Source of the DNA: Bugula neritina
Lineage: Eukaryota > Animalia > Bryozoa
Assembly (NCBI GenBank): GCA_964035545.1
Contig: OZ037766.1
Location: 31,610,773 to 31,674,772 of the forward strand
Reading direction: 5' to 3'
DNA length: 64,000 nucleotides
In this document: piece after piece, positions 41,601 through 55,800 of the stretch
How positions within the stretch are numbered: position 1 is the first letter of the stretch
Layout of the letters: each line of letters opens with the position of its first letter
Program-made: the position numbers and the translations under genes
The notes under the pieces: model-generated
What the model saw: only the letters and a program-made list of their open reading frames with translations
What the model was told of the DNA's origin: nothing
Databases searched by the model: none

Positions 41601-44600
41601 GTCAAGATCTGTGTTTTATTCACTTTTAAACTTGTACACTCTAAAGATATATTATAGCTTTGCACAGAAAAATGAAAATGAGCTTTCAACTGCTTCCTAT
41701 AAATTTAAAATGTTATCTAAGTATCTGGAATTCTCAGGTTAGGTGGTAGTGAAGTTTTGTTTGACAACTTAACTTATGTATTTCTTAGTAATTGCGAGAT
41801 GGCCATCTAAAGCTGGCAGGCATGTGGTGACAACAATGTGGCGGTAGTAATTTTTTGGTAACAATGTGGTGGTAACAATGTGGTGGTAACAATGTGGTGG
41901 TAACTATGTGGTGGTAACTATGTGCTGGTAACAATGTGGTGGCGGCTATGTGGTGGTAACAATGTGGTGGTAACAATGTGGTGGTAACAATGTGGTGGTA
42001 ACAATGTGGTGGTAACTATAATATGATGGTAGTTAGTGGTAGCGATATAGTGACATTGCAATGATTTTTCAACTAAAAACAATTTTTCCTAAACTGAACA
42101 CATAAAGCAGCTTGTTTACTTACCTTAGTATTAAGTTCTATCACAGACTATATACCTTTCTGCAGATAGCAGTTGTGCAGTGTTTAGCAGCAGCAAGCCC
42201 TCTAACTCTCATACCTCCGGGTCCAGATTTTCTCATCCTCACTGTGAAATACTCCACACTAAACTACAAGAGGTTTGAAGTGTCTTATTACATTTATTTA
42301 CTATATTACCAAATTTCTAGCTGATTTCTAGTTTTGTTGAACACATTGTAATATTTTTTCATCCTAATTTTTGCCTCCTATAATGTCTATGAAGCAACAG
42401 AAAAACATATCTATAAAGCTCTGTAATTCAACAAAAGCTCAACTATTTCTGTTTTGTCAATGTACAAAGCTGTTTATGCTTTTGCAATGCATATTTTGAA
42501 ATATATAACTCAACTTTTTACATAGTCTGATACTACATCATAGCTTACATGTTAAAGGTTAGCTTTTTTTTTAAAAGTCAAATAACGCAAAATGCTGACT
42601 TCAAAAGCAAAGACCAGAAGAACTATAATTTAGAATATAAAATTATTGGCTATATCTGGTTATGCATTATTATATTTGTATTGTTATGAATTATTATATG
42701 TATAATGTTATGAATTATTATAATACTGACTTATTTCTAAATAGAGAAAGTCTGCCAGACATTAGGAGTTGTGTATCGATACAGTGGTTGATCAATGAAC
42801 TTACCAAAGATGGAAATGTAGAAACAGTTTCTGTAAACTCTACATTAAACAAGAAAGTTATCAAAGACTATGAAAAGCTAGCAAGAATGCAGGAAAACAA
42901 GGGACAAGTGAAGGAAGCTGTACTGAAAGAAGCTGAGATTCATCAACCTGCTTTGGGTGGTTGTGACGATTACAGCTCATTTAGTGCTAAGAATTCAGCA
43001 AACTTCCAACATCATGTTCAGAATTACCTGCTAATTACTGGAGAGAGAAGGGGAAGAGCTCTGATAATCTGCAACAATGTTCAGCTCACTGCCAATTCTA
43101 CCAAACCAGACAGGACCATATCCTCACTTCGCCAGGAAACTCTGCAAACTGCTTTTAAAGTCTTGGGTGAACATTTCAGACTGCAAGTAAGTTGAATATT
43201 TTGTTGACAAAATTATATATGCAAACTGTTTGTGTAGCACAACTTTCTATTTGGCTTTTGTTGTCATGTGACTTCGACTCTCCACCCCCTTTTTACAAAT
43301 GCGATATGATCTGAAATTGTCCCTACCTCATGATGATGGAATAAGTACTATCAAGTGTTAGCAATACTAGTTTGTATCTATTAATTTAGGTGATTTAAAA
43401 AGTCCTTGGTGCGAGTTTTAAGAATAAATTTAGACCCTATATCAACAAATTTAATCTTTTAGCCTTGCTACGCTAGAATAATTATAGGCTATAGAGCAAT
43501 GTAAGGATGCCAAGGATGCAAGCTATACAAAACCTCAATTTCATCGGCTAAAATTCGAAACGTCTCAACAAATAAGCTGCTAAAATCGAATACCAATGCC
43601 TGGTTTGAATGTTTAATAATTTCACAGGTGGTGATAGAGCAAGATTTGTCGGCAAGTGAAATGTTGAATTCTATTTCATCATTCTCAAAAGAGGATGGAC
43701 ACGGGACAATAGCTGCATTAGCCATCTTTTCTCACGGCACTAATCGGATGATTGCTGGACATGATGGTAGTTCCTCATGCCACGTACAGGAAGTGGTTGA
43801 TCTCTTCAACTCGGGAAATGTTCGTCATATTCCAAAGGTCAAGTCCAGTTACTCTTTTCATCGTTCATTATTGTTTCTAATTATTTACATTGGCACAGTC
43901 AATGCACAACAAACTTGCATTTTGTACCCTATTAGTCTATTAGACAGTGAACCTGGCTATTAGTCCAGTACGACTGTAAACTTGGCTATTAGTCTAGTAC
44001 GACAGTAAACCTGATTTTTCAGAGTATAAACTAATTTAACAACAAAGAAAGTGATAATAAAATTGCTGTGAGAATAACATGCAAAATTTCACAATTTTCT
44101 GTAACTGTGTTTGCAGTTGATCTTCATATCATGCTGTCGAGGGGATTTACCAGCCAAGTACAGTAGGGCTCCAAGCAGCTTTGAATCAAGCGCTGAGTTC
44201 CCGTGGTCAGAAAATGAGATAGAGTTGCTATACAAGCCAACAAGAATACCTCTGTCTACAGAGGACAGGAACAGAGAGTGGAGTCGTCTTCCCTTCCCTC
44301 CCTTAGAAGTTCCGGTTGACTGCTACGTCTGCTTTACTACTTTACCTGATAGCAAGTTAGTCTCATTTTTTATTAAATTGCTTTGTCTGTATTTTCTCTC
44401 TATGTACATATCTGTATTTAAACAAAATGTAGTGCAATTTGAATTATATTGAAATGAAATAGATAAAAAGTTGCAACTTGTTTATTATTGACCAACAACC
44501 CACAATTCTGCTATAGTTTTATGACCATAACATATTAATTCAATGTGCGTGTATGTGTGTGCGTGCAAGGGTGTGTGTGGGCGTGCGAGTGTGCTTTAGT

Positions 44601-45102
44601 TCCTTTCACTACTCTAATGACATACTAGTAGCCATTTAATGAATGCAATTTACATGTCAAGTGGATTATAAAATTAACATTTATTTACCTTTCTAACTAC
44701 ATATTATATATGTTTTTCAATAATACACTAGATATTTTAATAAGTGGTATATCACAATGTTGCTCTATATGCAAATAGATTTTTGTAACAAGCTGCACAT
44801 TTTCTATTGTAGCCATTCTTTATTTTACATGCAGATCCAAGGCTGGCAAATTCTTTAAATACCTGTCTGAGCATCTCTCCCAACTTACGGCAATTTCTTA
44901 CAAAAATGGTGGCACAACTCCAACTAATGCCAACATATCAGTTGAGTTGACAGACCTGCTGACAGATACTGCCGGGATTCTGAGGGAGAAGTTTCAATCA
45001 AAACAATTTGCTAATTTGTGTTACACTCACAACAGACATAGTAAATGGCTACTCATTAATGTCTTTCCTGCCTCCAATGCAAAAGATTCACTACACCAAT
45101 AA
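38672..45102 (+). CDS. Ankyrin-repeat + degenerate caspase-like + caspase (peptidase C14) protein
   Basis: Exons 38672-40798 (~13 T-A/V-L-H ankyrin motifs), 41140-41265, 42166-42272, 42745-43186 (RGRALIICN), 43628-43837 (AIFSHG, His), 44117-44355 (LIFISCCRG, Cys; DCYVCFTT), 44835-45102 (GKFFKYL...ELTDLL). All junctions are phase-compatible GT-AG. Confidence 0.85.
41820..42020. repeat. ~14-bp tandem repeat (ggtaacaatgtggt)
   Basis: Directly visible in an intron. Confidence 0.85.
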
Positions 45103-45627
45103 TTTTGCAACAAGCAATTATATTACATTTTAATACTATTTTATTATGTGGGATCAATGCCTGGAGACATACTAAACATATTCTGTTCAGAAACCCCTTA
45201 AATAGTTATATTATATAATATTTTAAACATTAAATTATGCATGTGCAATTTTTTACTTTCTTATTTACGCTATCCTTCTGAAATTTATATATATGTTATA
45301 GTGTAGCCAAAATCTCTGCCTCAAATTGGTTTCCTCTTATTGTCTCACTCTTGGCATAGAAATTCTAGTCTTTTTAATGACAATCATCTCCCAGTATCAA
45401 ATACAAACAATAAAGATATTCATAGTGTATCTGAAAATACCATATCATGTATGAGTTTGATTATTTCCCATACCATTTTATCTGTAGACACCTAGTGTGC
45501 ATCTAATATTAAAAACAAAGTATTACAGTTATTTTCTATTATATTGAATAAGATATAACACCATAAGATAATAAACAATATTGAATTCCACTATATACTT
45601 TAGTTTAGTATAATCATCAGTATGATA

Positions 45628-47321
45628 CTACAATAACCCAAGTCGACGCTCCATTGCTGCATGGGGGTTTTGTCCTTTTTCTGAAAACTCCATGGGATCT
45701 GTAAAACAAAATTATCTTAAAAGCTTTGAGATAAAGGAGTATGTAACATAACTGTACCGTAACTGTACAGCGCTGTCTGGTGTAAAGGAATTTATAGCTG
45801 ATGCCAGTTTAGATTTAACGATAGAAGACTGAAATTTTATACTTTGGGTGTTTCAAAACACAGCACTGACTACTGAGTATTTGAGAAAATACATTGTTGC
45901 AGCGACACATAGGTAAGTATTGTAGGTTAGGTCAAGGTTAAATAGAGGTGAACAGTACCCAGTGCAGTCACCCGACACCATATTGAGCCACAATTGAACT
46001 TACTGTTGAAAACATCTTCTACAGAGATCAGTTCGTCTTTACCTGTCAGTGTATCTTCCATTAAATTAGATGTCTTTGTAGCCATGCAAGGCAATCGACC
46101 AGCCTACAGTATATAATACATATTCACTACATATACACTACAGTAGATACTACATAGTAATAGGTACATGTTACATATACACTACAGTAGACACTACATA
46201 GTAATAGGTACATAAACAATGCAAGCTACATACTTATTACACACATAATACACAAATCACAATAAGTTATGGCTTGCGTAATAACTGCATGGGATCACAG
46301 TTTGAGGTGACTAGTGAATAGCCATTAGTGTGAGGGAGCATAACTCTTAGGGATAAACTTGGGGCTAGTAAATTGGAACAGCCATGGGCACATCTACGAT
46401 TCAAAACTCATCAGGTCTAAAGTTTAAAATAACTCCGACAGTACTGTGTATAAGGAATTGTCTCCACCTTCGCTATAACATACTAACAGTCTGGTATAGA
46501 GCAACTAAACAAGCAACTTGTAGTTGCCATGACAACGCACTAACCTGGCGCACAGCAAATCTTTCCATTCCTATTTTCATTGGCATGTGTAGCCCTTGTG
46601 TGTTGCGAGACATCTGCATGTTCTTTCTATCTAGCTCCTTGTCCCACTGTTGTACAGAGAACAATATTAGTAACAACAAAACTAAACATTCCTATAGGAG
46701 AATGTTCAGCCGAAAGAACTGGTTAACTGGAATATTATCAGCATAGAGTCATGTATACATACGTTAGCTTCTCTGGATTGGAGGGGGTGGGATGACAGGT
46801 TACCCGCATCTTCCTGCTTGGAAACTAGTCTAAAACATTGACAATATGTGTAAAGGAAAAGCTACAAGTATAGGAAACAAAACTACTTACAAACAGAAAA
46901 GAATATTTGATTTATGAGCATAAACTAGAGTGTAATAGAAGAATAAGTTGAGAATGCAAAAATTACACTCCTGATTGATTGAACAAACAACAAAGAAGGG
47001 AATTGCGCAAAACACTGAAAATTCCCTTCTCTAATAATTATACAAGTAATATGATATAGAAACAGTGATGAAGCAACTATTCGGTATGACTAACTATGTT
47101 GAACAGTAAATAAAAAAATTTACTGCAAAGTCCTTGTTAAGTCATAATACAGTATTACCCTGTTTAGGTACAACTATCAATTCAGTATAACAGCAAGAGA
47201 AAATATAATGATATAAACTGTACCCTGTGTGCATAACAGGTGTGACATCAAACTCCCCTTTACACCTCTGAGAAGATATGGCAGTTGGAGTCATGTCTTG
47301 TAAGCATGGCAGTGAAGCCAT
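45628..47321 (-). CDS. POMP: Proteasome maturation protein (POMP/UMP1), ~145 aa
   Basis: Exons 47321-47224, 46829-46763 (SHPLQSRE), 46646-46545 (RNTQGLHMPMKIGMER), 46103-46004 (GRLPC...SNLMEDTLTGKDELISVEDVFN), 45698-45628 (PHAAMERRLGLL*). Phases are consistent and UMP1 family motifs are present. Confidence 0.92.
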
Positions 47322-47499
47322 GATTTTTCCTGACACATAGAAAACATAACTCAACAACAATGGTATACCAAGCAGAGAAATTATTGCAATTAGAATAAGA
47401 AAATAGTACCTTAGATAAACTATATCTTACATTTGAGCTATCAAACTCAATACAAGTACATCCAACACTAGGAGTAGGAGTACTACTAACCATGTCATA

Positions 47500-50400
47500 T
47501 TATTTGTAATAGTCACTAATACTAATAGTAACAACTCTATCGTGAATTTAAAATCGAGTTAAATAAGTACTCGTAGCAACTTAGCAGTCAATTGCAAACT
47601 ACAAACTTCGCCTTTCAGTTTAAGTTTAAAATTATTGTTTCAAGTTTAGAATTCGATGATGAATCCCACCTTACCTATCAGTTATGAGTTATGTTACGGT
47701 GTATTTCAATTTGCTGTCATAATATCAATATGACACTATAATTATTCATCGGTTATAATTAAATAAAAATTAACTATAATAACAAATAGCTATTTAAATT
47801 ACCAATAACAATAATTTAGACTACAACTCGAATGTTGATTTGATTTCAATTTAATACAAGTTGTCTTACTCTTAGCGTCTTACAGTTACTCTTACTCAAA
47901 CTACTATTAGAGGTAAAACTATTAGTATTAGAATGAGTATTATTATTACTGTATTAGTATTTTTAACACTAACACCAACAGTTACAGTAACAAGTAACAC
48001 TAACAGTAACAGTAACTTAAACCAACAGCAACAGTAACAACTAACATCATAAACATCTGACTCTGTTTAATCTTTTTTTAGTTCTAAGTAGCAAACCATA
48101 TTCATATAATTATATTTATATTAAATTTATTACAATATAAATAGATAACTTGAAAATAAAACTTTCTGCTAAAAAAATCAAATCAAATATTTTCACTTGC
48201 AGTTATTAGAATAAGTGAAAATCAAAGTCGAATTGTGATTCAACAAAAATGATACCTTTTTTCTTTAGTTTCCTTTAGATGGGTAGATGACTAAATTAAC
48301 TTGTCAACGAAAATTTATGTTTTTGCTAAAACGTATGTTTTATATTTTATTTAAAAAATCTTTTTTTAAATTTGCAAAATTTTAAATAAAACTTTTAATA
48401 TACAAACATTTTTTTCTCACAAACATATTTTGCACTTATACGCAACGGCAGTGTTCGATAGTTTTTCGAAGTAAAACCGGAGGTCTTCATAAGAAAACAA
48501 GGTCAAGCTTGTCTAAAACCACTTGAGGGCACTTCTCACAACCACAATGTATTTACTTGCGTTTTATTAATATTCAGAGTAATGTGGATTTATAATAATG
48601 TTTGCAGTAATAAGTAATGTTTGCGACACAAACAATTTCTATAAAAGTGCGGTTGATAATAATACTATTATTTTTATAATGCTGATCATGATGATGATCA
48701 TGATATTCTAATTCATGATTTAATAAATTTATGATTATTGATTATGAAAATTAAAATATAAATATTCGAAGATTAAATTTAATACTAATAGTAATAATAT
48801 TACTATTAGTAATACTAATAGTAATGCTAGTTTAAGTTTTTATAATTTAAATTATTCTATTAGTATTACTATTAGTATTAGATTTAGTGATTAGACTTAC
48901 TCTTCTGAGTCTTAGTCTTAGTCTTACTCTTAGTGAGTGAATACATTTACTAATAGTATTAGTGTATTAGATAAAGATTTATTTTATTAAATTTATTATT
49001 AATAATACTATTGCTATTAGTATTTGTATTACTATTAGTATTAGTATAACTATAAGAATTACTATTACCATTAGTATCAAATTTGCTTGTACTATAACTT
49101 TGACTTGAAACTTCAACTTATAAGTATAAAACTATCATTATTGAGTTTGACTATTAGATCGAGATTAAGTGTAAGTACAACTATAAGATAAAATTTAAGT
49201 ATAAATATATAAGTATAGCTATTGCTATTACTATTAGTGTCATGATTATAACTATTACTATAACTATAATAATAAAATTAAGTGCATAAGTTGGAAGTGT
49301 CAGTTCAGTATCATAGCATCATAGTATTACTATTAGTATAATTATGATAATGATAATATAAATATGATTATCATGATCATAATCATACTCGTACTGGGTT
49401 GTGAGATAAAGTTCAGATAAAAGTTATTAGCTTGAGTCGAAGTGATTAACTAATTATTAATTTTAAGAATATCAAGAAGTTTAAAATTAACAGTGATACC
49501 TTGAAATAATGTTAACTCACATTAGCATTATGCTGCCAGATTAGTATTTGTGACATACCTATCACTATGGCTATTGGACTGGATAATGATAATCATAGTA
49601 TTTAACCATAATTTTCATTATATTTCTGTTTCATCTGTTGTTTCTTCTTTTGGTATTTTTAAACTTATACTTTTTTAAAAAGATTAGCCTTAGGTGAAGA
49701 GCACTAAATATAGGACTTAAAGTTTAACTTCTTACGTGTTCTTCTGGTACTTGTTTTTTTATATGATATATAATGACTCATATTTAATACTAGAGAGTAT
49801 TAGTATAAGTATATACAATAATCATATGAGCTTTTTGTTCAACATGAATTTTCTTGAGATTATTTTACCAGCTGATTCAAATTATAGTTATGACTATGAC
49901 TATGAAATTAATATTATGGCCTTGAGCCAAAATCACAATGAGACTGCTGTCAATGGACCAACAATATCATTCAGTAACTTTAATATTTTTTTTAACAAAA
50001 TCAATTTAATATTTCATAATTCAGCAAGTACACGTTGAAATGGACAATAGTGCTGTAAAATCTAAATTCTGATTATTATGATAGACAAAAATATCAATGC
50101 AGCATAAGTTGATGCAATACTAAATATAAATATTAATATCGTAAAAATGGTTGCTTACTTAGTTTATGTATGTGTAATTTTCATTTGCCATGATTTTGTT
50201 AATTTTTTGTGGTTATTTATTTATATCTGCTCAGTACTGGCTGTGCTCCAAAAGATCAAATTCCGCTGATGTCATGCCATAGCCAGTATCATTATAATAA
50301 TAATGATGATGATTAATACTATTAATATTTAATTCATGATTTAGGAGTATCTACAGTTGATTTGTATAATGATGCTCAGGGATTACTCACTGTGCCTTAA
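47500..50400. other. Very AT-rich low-complexity intergenic region between divergent POMP and VEGFR-like genes
   Basis: Degenerate tattactattag / cttactcttag tracts; no credible coding exon. Confidence 0.55.
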
Positions 50401-52891
50401 ACTCTATGTGTCCAACTCTGTTTTTTATTTTTGTGTCTTGATTTAGTAGACCAGTTGTCCATTTTAAATGTCATTCAGTGCGAAGAATGGCAGCATAACT
50501 TGTTCTCTCAAACTTCTAAAATTAACACAGCTCTGTGAGACTATGACTTTAAGGGTATAATTGAATGCTCAACAAAGTGTTTATGTTTGTGGTGTTAGAA
50601 TAAAAACTAATTAAAACTAACTATAATTTTAGGTGATAATGTTTTTCTTACTGGTTGCCGCTCTAATTATACAGTTATGACATTTCAGTTATTGATATAT
50701 GTTTAATTGGCTTTACATAGAAGATTCCCTAACTCAGATACTTGTACTCAGTTTTATTACTTAAAGGATCTATTATTTCAGTTTATAAACTTAATTTACA
50801 TGGTTTAGTTTTACTTTATAATTCTGAATTATTTGCTGCAAAAGTTTTGACAATTTAGTCAGACATAAATAGCTCTGCAAGCATCTTATTTCAGGAAAAT
50901 TTAAAAAAGGTAATAATCAGCAAGTCAAAGGCTGCACAAAACTGTAACATCAACATAACAGTACAGCTCGTCAGATATGATCTGTCAAATCATGCAGTAT
51001 GCGATATTCTTTCGTAATATATCTGTCAACAGCACGTACTTTCATGCCATATAAAGTACCTTTCAGTTAAGTTAGTTCTTTTGCACTTTGCAGCTTTCCC
51101 ACGAGTTCTGGAAGACAAGTGTTTTTGAAGTATCCATCCCTGTGAGAACCCCTGGTGGTAAGGTAAGGGTTGTTAAGTACTTTAAGGACGTGTTTCTGCT
51201 GTAGCATAAGAGTAATTATGACTGCATACCCTTCCTAGCATCGACAATGACCTCTACTATCCTAACCACTCGACCATGACTGCTTCTTTCCACAAGATGT
51301 CTTAAACTTTTAGCATAATATGCAGTACAAGCCTGCTTGTGTTCATATCTAACTGGAAACTGATAATATTCTGTAATATATTCTTTATATTCTCAAATAA
51401 GTAGATCTGTTGGTTTCTGGTCAGTATTTGTCTACTTGGAGATATTTTTATTATACATGAAAGCATCAGCTCTAGTCTAAAAGTTGTAAAGTAATTTTGT
51501 TTGTTGGTCAATAAATTACGAAACAATCTTTAAATTATGTTGACTGAGATTAAACCCAGATGTGTCATTACTACGACCTATCTAATGTAAACAGTGGTTA
51601 GTCATGCAACAACAATTCAGCATAAATAACTATTGTTTAGATTTCAGTGAATGATGCTTTTATCTATAAAAGTCAAGTAGGGCTTTGGAATTGTTTACAA
51701 CTGTTGACAATTCATAATTGCAATAGATTTTTGTTATCTCTATTCAATTCAACAAATGGTAGGATGGTGTTTGTGCTGATTCCTTGCTCTGAAGTGCAGT
51801 TCTTAGCAGAACTATGTAAACCAGGAAAATATTTAGAACAATAATCTCAGGGTAGCCCTCCATTTCACCTCCACCATTACTAGCTGTACTACAGAGGATG
51901 TTACTATTGCCACACTGCTATGTAAATAACATAGCTAGTTAGCTGCTCTTCTATCCAAACAAAAGAGAAGGTTACATGAAAACTTAGCAGTTTCAATTTA
52001 ACGTGACATAATAAGCAGCTTAGCAGTGAAATGAGTTCAATGCTGACTTTCAAGTGCTGATTAAAATGAAGTTTATTATTTAACTTTGCTTCAAAGCTTC
52101 AAGACATCGTCCAGTCGTGGCCTCTTGGCTCAACCGGTTGTTCGTGCAACTCCCAAAGTTTCTGCTTGCTGTACTTTCAAAGGTTGTTGGTATATTTCTC
52201 AAGGGCTAAGATTGTTTCATTTTAGTAATACAGTATTAACATTAGTAGAATGAATACTCGACCTTATGACACTTGATATAAATAGATACAGCAGAGACCT
52301 CACCACTCCTATCACTACTCCCATAGTTCCACTAGTTCCATAGATGTATAATCTCTACGTACTACCCAACACCACTGCGTTGACTACATACCAGATCTGT
52401 TAAGTCACTTGATTACACAAAAATGTTGTCATCAGCTGAAAATAGAATACAAGATGATAATGAGTAGTAATATGGACCAGTCTATATCTCTGATCATCTG
52501 CGTGGCATATCCCTTGCCAACTAGTTTACCAGTAACAGGCTAAATTCCATTGTCTGTTGCTGATTTTCATGTCTAATTTAAAATATAAGTTCTATTAATG
52601 AAATTTTATCCTGCATGTGTTACCACTCTGTAAGCCACAGATAAAGTGATTCAGGCATCACCTACATTTACTGCACAATCATGCAATTCCATTGCCCAAC
52701 GCTATAATATATATTTCAAATTTTAACATGAGGAAACATATGTCACGTGTTTTTTAGATTGTTGATTTGATACTGTGTTGAAGACTGCAGTGTGTGAGTC
52801 TAGTCACTTCATTCATTACTGGTGAATAGCAAAGATCACAGTCTCACTCTATCAATATGATAAATAACTCGTTCTTCTAATATCAATAAAT

Positions 52892-55800
52892 ATGATGATG
52901 GACAGGAGAGCATATATATCTGGTAAGCTAATACAATGTTATTATAATATATAATATCAATATGTAATACAGGTTACTATACTCAAGTATACTTATACAA
53001 ATACATTCTTATTATGCTGGTATTACATAATGCTCCATAGCCCAAAGTTCTACAGCTACTAGCTAGTATAGAATTGCATTTGCCATTTATTTTTTGGCAC
53101 AATATTGGAGTTTTCAGTTAGGGTAGGGATTGTATTTAGGGGAAGGGTGATAATTAAGGGAAGGAGTAGTGTTTGCTGCCTACTCCTTCCCTTGATGCTG
53201 TCTGTCAGGTGCTCCATTATATTAGTTGGGTTCCTCCACCTGAATATCAAATCATGTGGGTGTTAATGCCTCACCTTCCTCACTGGAGGTGGAGATGATG
53301 AATCTTGCTAGGAACATGAGCTAGAAATTGAGTTATGTTCGAATGCTTAATTGTCTAGTTTATAGCCACTTTTCAACTTGAAGGCTTTACTAAGAATCCA
53401 TCATTTGTTGCCTGTACTGGGTTGGGATTTTTCATAATTTATACTTGTGTTTTTATATTGGATATTTTTCTAAGTTTGGAATGTGATGCTATTTTTAAAC
53501 CCGATTAATTACAGTAATAGTATATTGTATTTGTAGTTGTCTTCTCCATACTGGTATGTCTAGTTGTGTGTGTAAGTACACAGAGTACTATATCATTAGT
53601 ACAAGTATCACCCTCTACTGGTAACTCTTACACTCCTGTACCAGTGACCAACACAGTCAATCAGTATGACATACCAGCAGGATCAAACCTCACTGTAGCC
53701 TGCGGAGAATCAGAAACTAGCCTTAGGTACCCGACTAATCGATTCGCTCAGGTAGGACCTCCTCGTAAAATAATAACTCTGCATAACTTTGGAGTTGCTC
53801 TTTCTCATTATGAAATTATACTGTGGTGAAGAGAGATAACTCTGTACATGTGTATTTAGTTGCTCATTTATTATACAGAATATGTAAAAATTAGTAAGTT
53901 TTAAAAATATTATGTACTTTAACATTCCATTGGGTTTATAAACGGTAATACAATGCATGGGATAACATAATATGACAGTGGAAAATATAAAGCTAGCCTC
54001 TGATCCTTACAGTTTGATAGATTTGGGTTGGGGACCAGAGTGAGAGTCTCGACAGTCAGTACTGGAGACCAATGGACATTCGACTCTCTCAAGTACTATG
54101 ATACTGGTGTGATAGAGTGTTACAACACTGCAGATAGTAACAATGCTAGTCTCACCTCTTCTGTCTATATCTTTGTTTATGGTACGTATACTCACAGGTC
54201 TTGATATCTTATAATGCTTAACTGTTATGTATGGTAATAGACGGTCTATTGGTGATGTTTTATAGACCCAAATGAACCTCTCCATGTACCATTGAGCACA
54301 TCTGGAAGTACTGGATCTATCAGTGTAACTGTGAAGAGAGATGAGTATGTACCATGCCTTCCCACTCACTCCAGCATCACTTTTACTCTTTCTCTGCCTG
54401 GTGGTCCGGTTTCACCAATTGTAAGTCTTTCATTTACCAAGTGTAAGTCTTTTATTTACCAAACACAAGCGCATGATTAACTTACATTAACTTATTGCTC
54501 TTTCAGCATAATAAACTATCATATGCATCAACAACCTTTTGTGCAAACTCAATCTAAAGGATAAGTTTCAACTATACACTAGTTTCTGTCTATCTAATTG
54601 TTATTTAACAGCACTCAAGATACACTAACTTACTCAGCATGTCCGTATATAGTAATGACTTGCTCTAATTCAACCTTGACCCTTCTGTTTGACAGGCGGC
54701 AACTCTAGATTATACTCAAGGTTTCAAGTTGCTGCAGAGTCCCCCTCGCTTACCCCTGTACACTTGTACTTTCACTTATACAGACACTGGTCGCACCGGC
54801 AGTGTTACTATACATGTTACTATTGCAGGTACGTTGTCTTACTTACTCACTTAGTGCCTTACACTCCTGACACTATAAAAGCACTGCTATGTAAAACACC
54901 ACAATTAAATTTTTCATGAGCTTTTAATGTTGCATGTAGACTGACCTATTTGTCAGTTTAATTTGTGAATTATTCAAGTTTTCTTCTCTTTGGCGTCATT
55001 TTGCGGTAGTTTTCAAGTTTTAACCTAGGGCCACACTGTGCGTATTTTCGCATGCAAACATTTAAACCACAAGTAGCAAAGGTGTCCACTGTATGCGTTG
55101 AGAAAACATTCGCACTTGTCGCTCAGCATTCTGAACGCAAGTACGAATCGTCTCTGTCGTCGTCACCTAATTGGCTGGTAGTTATTTAGCAAGCCCAATT
55201 ATTTTATTTTAATGCTACATTCCAGTAAATTGCGTTTTATTGAAAGCGAGTGCGATTTAAAAATGAAAGCTTTATTTATCCCGCATCACTGACGCTACAG
55301 TGGACACCTTTGCTACCCGTGGTTTCAATTTTCGCATGCGAAAATACGCACAGTGTGGCCCTAGGATAAGTACTAAGAAATGTCGGTGTGAGTTTTGTAG
55401 TCACAGAAACAACTTATGTCAAGTTTTATAGTCATGTGCTTAACTCATGTTATTCTTATTATAGCAAATATAAATCTTCCGACACCAACAGTCTTTCCCT
55501 CAGACGGCAAGTATAAACATTTAGCTGGTGAAGATCTCCAGTTGGACTGTACTATCTATGGCTACACACAAATCCGATTTGTAGATTGGAGTTATCCTGC
55601 CCGAAGCTGTGATATTCAACCATCTAACAGCTGCTTAGTGAGTATCACCTCTTCTCATTTTGATCTATTAATAAACTGCGTCAAAATTATACAAGTTGTC
55701 GTTTTGTTTCAAACTAGACAGCACTGTATAATGAGTTTCAACTTGAGGACTTGAGATATCTTAGTACATAAGAACAAGTTTTGATCAATTGCATTGCTAA

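Noticed and set aside
49736-52000. Short ORFs in the AT-rich intergenic region
   Set aside because: No motifs, biased composition and no consistent exon chain.
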